A DNA stretch of 64,000 bases from an uncultured Actinomycetes bacterium (lineage in GTDB: Bacteria; Actinomycetota; Acidimicrobiia; Spongiisociales; DATADW01): the NCBI GenBank assembly GCA_963780745.1, contig CAWACT010000010.1, forward strand, positions 305,318 to 369,317. The letters are read 5' to 3'. Shown piece after piece: positions 36,584 through 44,657 of this stretch (the first letter of the stretch is position 1; every line of letters begins with the position of its first letter). The position numbers and the translations under genes are program-made. The notes below the pieces were generated by a model, which did not search any database, had not been told where the DNA came from, and worked only from the letters and a program-made list of their open reading frames with translations.

Positions 36584-37137
36584 AGATGGATGCGACCAAG
36601 ACCGCTTTTTACGCCGCTGTCGGGTGCGCCCGTGGTGGCCACCCGCAAGCTGACCGACACTCTCACCGAGCTGAGCACCAAGTTCGCCGGTGACTTCCGC
36701 AAGGAGTACGGCGTGTGGGCAGCCGAGGGCGAGAAGGTCGTCGGCCGGATCGCCGACCAGAAGCTGGTCGAGGACTTCACGTCACGGGTCGACGTCGACA
36801 ACCTCTCCGAGCAGGTCGGCAAGCTGCGCGGCCAGCTCGAGGACCTGGTCGCCACATGGCGCCAGAACTTCAACCCGGAGAAGCCGGTCGCAACCGCCAA
36901 GGCAGTGAAGGTCGAGATCGACGATGCCGCCGAGAGCGCAGCGAACAAGGTGCGAGAAGGGCGCCGAGAAGGCTCGAGAGGCTCGGTCAAGAAGGCCACC
37001 AGCGAAGCTGCTCGAGACGGTGGAGAAGGCGGCCAAGGCCACCTCGGGCCACACGCAAACCGGCGACGCGCAAGCCCGCTGCCGCCAAGACCAAGACCGA
37101 GACCGACACCAAGACCGGGCCATCGACCGCAGCCTGA
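36580..37137 (+). pseudogene. HbhA-like (heparin-binding hemagglutinin family) coiled-coil protein with Lys/Ala/Pro/Thr-rich tail; at least 3 frame shifts
   Basis: ATG 36580 overlaps the regulator stop (ATGA). MKMDATKTAFYAAVG, then APVVATRKLTDTLTELSTKFAGDFRKEYGVWAAEGEKVVGRIADQKLVEDF...LRGQLEDLVATW. The basic tail RKPATRKPAAAKTKTETDTKTGPSTAA is in a third frame. Confidence 0.5.
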
Positions 37138-37224
37138 GCAACGACCTCTCCTGATCCGAGCCCGGGGCCGGTACCGCCCGGTACTCCTCAGGGGTTCATC
37201 GATTCCGGCCCGACCGAAGCAAGA

Positions 37225-37252
37225 CGACGAGGGACCTCCTCCGGTCCCTCGT
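37225..37252. terminator. Bidirectional terminator-like hairpin between convergent genes
   Basis: GACGAGGGACC-tcctcc-GGTCCCTCGTC, an 11 bp perfect stem with short T-containing tails on both strands. Confidence 0.5.
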
Positions 37253-37253
37253 C

Positions 37254-37688
37254 TTCAGTATGTGACCTCTAAAGACCCTGCCGTCGAGCTGGCCAGCGTG
37301 CTCGACCCAGCGCTCCACCATCGCCTCTGTGGGGAGCCGTCTCACCAGCTTCTTCTGCTCGTTGACCTGAGCCAACTTGGCGGCGAGGGCCGCCGCATTG
37401 CGCCGGCCGAGCTTCTCGACGGTGTCGACGCCCGATGCGTCGAGCATGTCGGCATACTCCGCACCGACCCCTCGCACTCTCATGAGGTCGGCCCGGTTGA
37501 CCCACGCCAGGACCTGCGCTTCGGTGCATTTCGCACGCGGCGGCAAGCTCGGTGCGGCCCCGCCGGGTGGCTCCTCGCCGTAGCAGCGCCTCGGTGGTGC
37601 GAACCCCGCTTCTCCGGAGCTTGGCGGCATCATTGGGGCCGATGCTCACGATGGCGGCGATGGAAGCCATCGCGATCCTTTCGCTCAT
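37254..37688 (-). pseudogene. DUF4332 domain protein, two frame shifts
   Basis: MSERIAMASIAAIVSIGPNDAAKLRRSGVRTTEALLRRGATRRGR, then AQVLAWVNRADLMRVRGVGAEYADMLDASGVDTVEKLGRRN...EQKKLVRRLP, then LEVTY-stop. Shifts about 37530 and 37275. Confidence 0.75.
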
Positions 37689-37719
37689 GCCGACCCTGGC
37701 ACGGAGGCTCCGAGCGAGA

Positions 37720-38359
37720 TTAGACGCCGCCCCGCCTGGTCCGTTCGTCGTCAGCGTCGTGCCGAACCTGCCGAGGCTGCAACTCCTCGACGTCGAAACT
37801 GGTGTCTACGTCCCGCGGCGGACAGGCTCTCTAACCAGACCTCGGTGACCCAGTCGGGATGGGCATCGAGCAAGCGACGGGCCCCCTCGTCGCCCTCGAG
37901 GCTCATGAGCCGAGGCCAGAGCAACCGGTCAACCAGAACCGGGTTGCCCCGGGTGTAGCGGTACTTGGGGACCACCGCCGGCGTCTTGCCTGGCCGGTAG
38001 GCCGCGATCACCTCGGCCACGGCCTCCTCGCTCACGTCGGGCTGGTCTCCCATCACGATCAGAGCGCCATCGACCTTCGACAGCCTGCCTATAGCGTCGA
38101 GACCAGCACGCAGCGACGAGGCAAGCCCCTCCTCCCACTCCGGGTTCTCCACCATACCCACCCCGGTCAGGTCGACCTGGTCGGCCGCACCGCATCGGCG
38201 TGGGCGCCCAGAACCACCCAGATCTCATCGATCCCCCAACCGCGCACCTGTGCGCAGCACATGATCGAGCAGGGTCGCCTCGCCCCAGCGGAGCAACTGC
38301 TTGGGCCGGCCCAGCCGGCTCGACCCGCCGCCGGCGAGGATCAGGGCGGCGACCGTCAC
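37720..38359 (-). pseudogene. mocA: MobA-like nucleotidyltransferase (molybdenum cofactor cytidylyltransferase MocA type), three frame shifts
   Basis: [31 protein letters not shown], then [16 protein letters not shown], then VENPEWEEGLASSLRAGL...LIVMGDQP...GNPVLV...GDEGARRLL, then PPRDVDTSFDVEEL. Shifts about 38255, 38190, 37790. Confidence 0.75.
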
Positions 38360-38379
38360 TTCGCACCAGGGTGAGTGCT

Positions 38380-39472
38380 TCAGATGTCGCCCTCGTCGTC
38401 GGTCCGCTGGCGGTGGATCCGTCCCTCGCGGCCCCGGAGCGACCGACCGGTGCCCGCCCCGTAGCGCACCTGGATCATCTCGGCCAGGATGGAGATGGCC
38501 ACCTCGGCCGGCGTCTCTGCGCCGATGTCGAGGCCGATCGGGCCATGGATCCGGTTGATCGCCTCGGTGTCGAATCCGGCGGCCCGGAGGCGCTCGCGCC
38601 GCGCCTGCGTGGGTGCGCCGGCTCCCCATGGCGCCGATGTACCGCACCGGGCTGCGCAACACCGCGGGGAACACCGGGTCCTCGAAGCGGGCGTCGTGGC
38701 TGAGGACCACGACATAGGTGCGGCGATCGAGCGTCGAGATCGGCGAGCACCTCCTCGGGGTGTCCCAACGCCACCTCGGCATCGGGAAACGCTCGGCGGT
38801 GGTGAAGGCAGGACGGGAATCGGAGACGGTGACGCGGAACCCGAGCTCGGTGGCGAAGGCGGCCAGCGGCTGGGCGATGTGGACCGCTCCGAAGATCACC
38901 AGCCTCGGCTGCGGGGCCACAGTCTCGATGAACACCGACACCGTCGTCGTACTCGAGCGTTCGGCTCTGCTCCTGGTCCATCAGCTGCGCGCGCATCGTC
39001 GAGAATGTGATCCTCGAGGCCCGGGGGGAGCTTCCCCTCGACCACCCCGACGTCTGCGTCGAGCACGGCGTGCGAGCCCTCGTCGGGACCGCTGAGCACG
39101 GTCACCGCAGCACCGAGCCGCTCCTCATCCTTGCAGCCGGCGGATCGCCTCGAGGTGGGCGCTCACCATCGCTCGACGTAGACCTGGATGGTCCCGCCGC
39201 AGGCAAGCCCGACCTCGAACGCCTCATCGTCGGCGATGCCGTAGGTGACGAGCCGCGGCTCGGCGCCTGCCAGCACCTCCTGGGCATGGAGGAAGACATC
39301 GTTCTCGACGCAACCGCCGCTGACCGAGCCCTCCATGTCGCCCGCCGACGAGACGAGGAACTTGCGCACCCTCCGGCCTGGGGGCGGACCCGGAGACGCG
39401 CACCACGGTCGCAACCGCGACGTCTTTGCCGTCCGCCGTCCAGCGGTCGTATACCTCGAGGGCGTCCTTCAT
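38380..39472 (-). pseudogene. xdhC: XdhC/CoxF-family molybdenum hydroxylase maturation factor, about 8 frame shifts
   Basis: [36 protein letters not shown], then [23 protein letters not shown]...[13 protein letters not shown], ... [35 protein letters not shown] ... [16 protein letters not shown]...[11 protein letters not shown], then [11 protein letters not shown]...[25 protein letters not shown]. The pieces are spread over all three frames. Confidence 0.8.
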
Positions 39473-40609
39473 GGTCTGCGCTACCTCCCGTCGACGCGCC
39501 GGCAGTGACTCTAGGAGCCGGATGACGTCGGCGAGGTGGGTGAGGTTGGCCGCTGGGAGGAGGTCGTCGATGTAGGGGAGCACGGTGCGCATCCCCCTCG
39601 TCTCGGGGGCGTATCCCTCGCGCCCGGCCAGCGGGTTCAGCCACACCACCCGATGGACGCTGCGGGCGAACCGGGCCATCTCCTCGCGGAGCAGATCGGG
39701 GTCGCCCCGGTCCCAACCGTCGGACACGATCAGCGCCACCGGTCCCCCCCGCCCCACCCGCCGGCTCCACTCGACGTTGAAGGTCTGGAGGGCCTCGCCG
39801 ATCCGGGTTCCGCCCGACCAGTCGACGACGTGCCCAGCGACCTCCTCCAGAGCCTGCGCCTGGGTCGCGGCGACGCAACTGGCGGGTTATCCGAGTGAGG
39901 CGGGTGGAGAAGACGAACGCCTCGAGATGGCCCAGCCGGTCGCGGGCGGCATGAGCGAAGTAGAGCAGCATCTCGACGTACCGCTCCATCGACCCGCTCA
40001 CATCGGCGATGACGATCAGTGGCCTGCGGCGGCGGCGGCGCTCGGACATGGCCAACCGGAGCAGCTCGCCCTCGGTGCCCGACGGCACCGCGCAGGGTGC
40101 GGCGAAGGTCCGGTTGCGACCCGCTCCGGGACGGGGCGTACCGACGGCTTCGGCGTCGGCCGGCCGCCACACCATCCTGGCGATGAGCCGGCGCACCTCC
40201 TCGCTCTCTGCCGCCGACATCTCGCCGAAGTCGCGCCGCCCCAGCCGCTCGGCGGCGGAGGCTCCCGTCCGGTCGGCGACGTCCTCGACGTCGGGCCCGA
40301 CAGCTCCCCGATGGAACAACGGATAGCCCGCTCGTGGTCGAGGCTGCCTGGGTGGTCGAGATCGCCGGTGCCGGTGCCACCGCGGCCCCCATGCCGAAGA
40401 AGAGGTCGAACGCCTCGTCGAAGAGAGGCACCTCCGAAGGACGGATCACGATGATCGAGCGGAAGGCGTGGTACACGTCGTCGCGCCGCTCCAGACCGAC
40501 GGCGACGGCGGCCCGTGACAACTCACCCGCCGACTGCGGGTGGGAGCCGAAAACCGAGACCCCGCAGGTGGCGGACGAACAGCACCAGGTTGTCGGCGAA
40601 TGCCGTCAT
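39473..40609 (-). pseudogene. coxE: VWA domain protein, CoxE-like; at least 3 frame shifts; no stop before the xdhC ATG in the current frame
   Basis: MTAFADNLVLFVRHLRGLGFRL, then AVAVGLERRDDVYHAFRSIIVIRPSEVPLFDEAFDLFF, then RRPLIVIADVSGSMERYVEMLLYFAHAA...AFVFSTRLTRIT, then VVDWSGGTRIGEALQTF...ALIVSDGWDRGDP...VVWLNPLAG. Alternative start 40636. Confidence 0.8.
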
Positions 40610-40641
40610 CGTGAGCCGGATCTTCGCGAGCGGCATCAGGG

Positions 40642-41760
40642 TCAATCGATCACCGGCAGTGGGAAGCGGAGCAGGGCGGCCGCCCCGGCGCTCATCGATC
40701 GGCGTGCCCTCGGCCAGACTGGACGAGCCTTCCCGCCCGATGCGATGACCCGCTCGATCGCCTCTGCCGCGATATCGGGGTGGTCGCGGGTGGCGCCACC
40801 GCATACCGGGCAACGGCTCCCTTTGCGACCGATCCACCCACAGCGACTGCACACAACGCCCGGCTCGGGCCTGGTGCCGGCGACGCCAAGAAGATCGACG
40901 GCGGCCGAGATTGACCGCTGCCAGGACCTGGTCGAGACCCCAGGCCACGGTATCCCCGCGCCCCGGAGCCGGCCAGGAGCTGGTCGGCCACCGCCTGGGC
41001 TTTGCGGCCCGCGCCGACCCTTCGAGTGTGGACGACTGCCTCCTTGACCGTGTGCGGGGTCGCCGTCGCCGGGTCGATCACGAAGGTGCCGAGCATGCGC
41101 TTCTGCAGGTAGGGGTGCAGGTGACCGGCAAGCTCGTTCCACCTGGTCCTGGTGACCGCCTATCGCCACCCAGGTGACGGGCTCGCTCTTGTGCATCTCG
41201 AAGAAGCGCTCGGCGACACGATCGAAGTGCCGACGCGCCATCTCCTCGGCGGCGTTGCGTGCCCCGTGCTCGGCAAGGCCCTTCCACCCGCCATAGTTCG
41301 CCTTGTGCCCGGTCTCCTCCTCGACCACTCCGGCCGGGGTCATCTCGCCGTCCCGCTTGACGAAGATGTCGGCACGGCGGCGGTCGGTGGTCGCGATCAG
41401 GGTCACCGTCGGCTCGGGTAGGGCACGCAGCGGTCGCAGGTAAGGGGCGTCGGCCAGCATGGCCACATCCCAGACCTCGCCGGGAAGCGTCTCGTAGCTC
41501 ACCTCGCCATTGGTGGCGAAGATGGCCACGCCCGGCGCCGGCTCGGTCTCCAGCCTCCAGCTCAGCTCCATGACCGAACGCAGTGCCTGCCGGACCGCCT
41601 TTTCCTCGCGGTGCTCACTCTCGGCCGCCGCCTCGCGGATCGGCCGGAGCAGGTCGGTGAGCCGGGCGGACGGGTTGACCTGCATCGGTCGGGACAGGTA
41701 GACGGAGAGAACCGGCGCCTCGGCCTCGGTGAGCCGGTCGAGCGTTTCAGCGTCGAGCAT
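40642..41760 (-). pseudogene. eRF1/Pelota-like (bacterial archaeo-eukaryotic release factor, baeRF-type) protein with C-terminal CxxC..CxxC zinc ribbon; at least 4 frame shifts
   Basis: TLIATTDRRRADIFV...GHKANYGGWKGLAEHGARNAAEEMARRHFDRVAERF aligns by eye with the eRF1 M domain (GGQ loop reads YGGW). WVAIGGHQDQVE/ELAGHLHPYLQKRMLGTFVID and AWGLDQVLAAVNLGAVDLL resemble the eRF1 C domain. CSRCGWIGRKGSRCPVCGG is an insert, and the end GAAALLRFPL resembles aRF1 GGIAAILRY. Confidence 0.6.
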
Positions 41761-41877
41761 CGAGACCCCTCTATCGCCAGGGAACCTAATGCAATAGGTG
41801 AGTTCTGGCGCCCTGCGCGTTCGAAGATCTGGCGATCAATAACCCACACCACCCCTTCGATACAGATCGTGGGCCGC

Positions 41878-42771
41878 TCAGCCGGCGAGCAGCGCCTCCA
41901 GCCCGGAGGCGCGGACCCGCTCGATGTCCTCGCGGTACTTGAGCGCCACACCGACGGTCTGCTCGATCACCTCCGGGCGTGAGCCGGGTGGCGTCGAGCA
42001 CGTTCAGCGCCTGCGCCCAGTCGAGCGTCTCCGCCACCCCCGGCGGCTTGAACAGGTCCATTTCGCGCAGCCGTTCCATCGACACGCGCCAGCTCGGAGG
42101 CGAGGACATCGCTGATCCCGGGGACCTTGCGCCCGACGATGGCGACCTCGCGCTCGAACGTTGGGTAATCGATCCAGTAGTAGATGCACCGCCGCTTGAG
42201 CGCATCGTGAATCTCGCGGGTGCGGTTGGAGGTGAGGATGACGACCGGCGGCTCCTCGGCGGCGATGGTCCCCACCTCGGGGATGGTGACCTGGAAGTCG
42301 GAAAGCAGCTCGAGCAGGTATGCCTCGAACTCCTCGTCTGCCCGGTCGATCTCGTCGATGAGCAGCACGGGCCGCTGCCCGAGCGCAGCCAGCTCGACCG
42401 CTTTGAGCAAGGGGTCGAGCCACCAGGTAGTCGCGGCTCATGATGTCCTTGACATCGGCGGCGTGGCCCTCGCCGCGCGCCTCGAGCAGCCTGATGGCAA
42501 GCATCTGCCTGGCGTAGTCCCATTCGTAGAGGGCATGCCCGGCGTCGAGGCCCTCGTAGCACTGCAGTCGGATGAGCGGGGCCTCGAGGAATCCGGCCAG
42601 CACCTTGGCTACCTCGGTCTTCCCCACCCCCGCCTCTCCCTCGAGGAAGAGCGGCCTGCCCAGTTGCAGGGCGAGGTGGATGGCGACGGCCAGGCTGCGA
42701 TCGGCGATGTACTCGCACTCGTCGAGCGCTTCTTGGACGGCGGCAACGTCGGCGGGAAGTGGGTTGGCCAT
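41878..42771 (-). pseudogene. coxD: MoxR-family AAA+ ATPase, CoxD-like; three frame shifts
   Basis: MANPLPADV...RPLFLEGEAGVGKTEVAKVLA (Walker A)...RLQCYEGLD, then PVLLIDEIDRADEEFEAYLLELLSDFQVTIPE...VILTSNRTREIHDALKRRC, then REMDLFKPPGVAETLDWAQAL, then EVIEQTVGVALKYREDIERV. Shifts about 42425, 42075, 41975. Confidence 0.85.
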
Positions 42772-42857
42772 GGGCAGGGCCACGTTAGTGGGGCGGCGGT
42801 GAACCGCTCCTCTCTGTGCGTCGTAGTGTCACCGCACGATCTCTCGGAGGAGGAGTG

Positions 42858-43310
42858 ATGAGACGCGGCCTTGGCGTGCTGACGATGGTGGGTTTGCTGG
42901 CACTGGCGGCCTGTGGCGGGTCCAATGGCGGGTCCGACACCACGGCGGGAGGTGGGTCCGACACCACGGCGGGAGGTGGGTCCGACACCACGGCGGGAGG
43001 TGGGTCCGACACGACCGCCGCCGAGGAGGGTGGGGGACCGCATCGGTGAGCATCATCGACTTCGAGTTCAGCGCACCTGCCAGCGTCGCCGCCGGAGCCG
43101 AGATCACCGTGGTCAACAACGGCGACGGCCACCCACACGTGGACCGAGCCGGGCGGCGCCTTCGATACCGGCCAGATCGCACCGGGATCGAGCGCCACCG
43201 TCACCATCGACGCCCCGGGCACATACGACTACGTCTGCTCGATCCACGCCAACATGACCGGTACGATCGAGGTCACCGACGGCCTAGGTGACCGCTTGCC
43301 CGACATCCCA
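42858..43310 (+). pseudogene. Type-1 copper (cupredoxin, amicyanin/plastocyanin-like) lipoprotein with a GGGSDTTA repeat linker; two frame shifts
   Basis: ATG 42858 after GGAGGAGGAG. MRRGLGVLTMVGLLALAACGG lipobox; the 8-aa unit x4; then IIDFEFSAPASVAAGAEITVVNNGDGHPH, then TWTEPGGAFDTGQIAPGSSATVTIDAPGTYDYVCSIHANMTGTIEV (C-x2-H-x2-M copper site). Shifts about 43035 and 43135. The 3' end is uncertain because the frame stays open into the rhodanese. Confidence 0.65.
42927..43017 (+). repeat. 24 bp in-frame tandem repeat (about 4 units) encoding (G/N)GGSDTTA
   Basis: ggtgggtccgacaccacggcggga repeated contiguously inside the cupredoxin lipoprotein linker. Confidence 0.9.
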
Positions 43311-43313
43311 TCG

Positions 43314-43617
43314 GTGAACCCCGCCGAGGTGCCCGACCTGATCCAAGACGGGTGCGCTGCTGATCGACGTGCGCGAGGAGGTCGAGTGGGATGAAGCCCG
43401 CATCGCCGGTGCGGTGCATCGTCCCATGACCGACTTCGCCGCCTGGTGGGCCGAGGTCCCCGACGACCGCACCGTGGTCGTCTACTGCCGGACGGGCAGC
43501 CGTTCGGGCCAGGTAGTCGAGGCTCTTGCCGAGCAGGTCGGGTTGGACAACGTCGTCAATCTCGAGGGCGGCATCGTCGCCTGGGCCGAGCACGGGTTCG
43601 AGGTTGAAGAAGGCTGA
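43314..43617 (+). pseudogene. Single-domain rhodanese (sulfurtransferase), one frame shift near the 5' end; possibly fused to the cupredoxin
   Basis: VNPAEVPDLIQDG, then ALLIDVREEVEWDEARIAGAVH...VVVYCRTGSRSGQVVEAL...NLEGGIVAWAEHGF (active-site CRTGSRS). Shift about 43345. No stop separates it from the upstream cupredoxin frame. Confidence 0.75.
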
Positions 43618-43620
43618 GAG

Positions 43621-44565
43621 CTAGAGGTCTCCCCTGCGGCGGAGCGATTCCCAGGCCCAGGCGCCAATAGGGAGCGGCAACCAGAACGTGACCAGACGGA
43701 AGCTGAGCGAGGCGGCGATCGCCGTCCCGGCGTCCAAACCGAGCCGGGTGAGTCCTGCAGCGAGCGCCGCCTCGAAGGCACCCAGTCCACCCGGTGTCGG
43801 GCTGATGGTCCCCACCACCACCGCCGTAAGGTAGGCAAAGGCAACACCGGCGATCGGGGCCCGGCCACCGAATGCGGCCAGCGAAGCCAGCAGCGCCGCC
43901 ACGTAGAGGACGTTGACCACGACCGCGGTCCCGATCATTCCCGCCGCCCGGCCCGGCTCGGAGAAGACCGCCGGGATGCTGCGGAGCATGGGGAGGGCTT
44001 CCGCCAAGACCTTGCGCCGAACACCGGGGACCAGCCACAAGACGATCCCAGCCACGCCCAGAGCCGCGGCGACGACTTCGGCGACCACCAGGACGGTCCC
44101 GGGCTCGATCTTGGGGAGGACCAGAGATCGGAGCAACGCCGCCAGCACGATCATCAGAGCGATGTGGGTGACCAGGGCGACCACCATCGAGGCGGTGAGC
44201 GTGGCGGTGGCTCGGGGCGGGTCGATCCCCTTCTTCTCGAGCCAGCGCCCGCCTACGGCAACCGCCCCCAGCCCCTCGGGGGTGAGCACAGAAGCAGCCC
44301 CTGCGGCGAGCTGGGCCATGGTCGCCCCGAGCAACGGCAGCCTCACCCCAGCGGCGACGATGATCCCTAGCCCCCCTGCCACATAGGTAGCCGCCGACGC
44401 CACGGTCGCCGCAAGGGTCCACGGCCATCTTCCCTCGCGGAACCTGTCCAGCGTCTGCCCCAGCTCTCCGAGTTGGGGAAGAAGCAAATGGACCGCCACG
44501 GCCAGACCCGCCAGCCAGGCCAGCACCCAGACAGCGGTGCGGGGTTTCATCAGGTGCCGCGTCAT
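43621..44565 (-). CDS. UPF0104 / lysylphosphatidylglycerol-synthase-TM-region-like (flippase-like) membrane protein
   Basis: 314 aa, about 8 TM helices, PTPGGLGAFEAALAAGL motif near the C-terminus. Confidence 0.65.
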   Translation of the reverse strand: MTRHLMKPRTAVWVLAWLAGLAVAVHLLLPQLGELGQTLDRFREGRWPWTLAATVASAATYVAGGLGIIVAAGVRLPLLGATMAQLAAGAASVLTPEGLGAVAVGGRWLEKKGIDPPRATATLTASMVVALVTHIALMIVLAALLRSLVLPKIEPGTVLVVAEVVAAALGVAGIVLWLVPGVRRKVLAEALPMLRSIPAVFSEPGRAAGMIGTAVVVNVLYVAALLASLAAFGGRAPIAGVAFAYLTAVVVGTISPTPGGLGAFEAALAAGLTRLGLDAGTAIAASLSFRLVTFWLPLPIGAWAWESLRRRGDL

Positions 44566-44607
44566 CCCAGGCGGTCAGCCCGCGTCTGCTGGAATCGGGC
44601 GAGCGCG

Positions 44608-44639
44608 GGAGGAGGCCCCCTTGTCGGGGGGCCTCCTCC
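44608..44639 (-). terminator. Strong GC hairpin after coxM (terminator-like, no clear U tract)
   Basis: GGAGGAGGCCCCC-ttgtcg-GGGGGCCTCCTCC, a 13 bp perfect stem 19 nt downstream of the coxM stop. Confidence 0.45.
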
Positions 44640-44657
44640 GTCGTGGCGGCGGTTGCC

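Noticed and set aside
33750-43400. Programmed ribosomal frameshifting or transcriptional slippage as the explanation for the broken genes
   Set aside because: There are too many shifts (up to 8 per gene), in both directions, in unrelated genes, without recurrent slippery heptamers or downstream structures. Indel error or decay is the simpler explanation.
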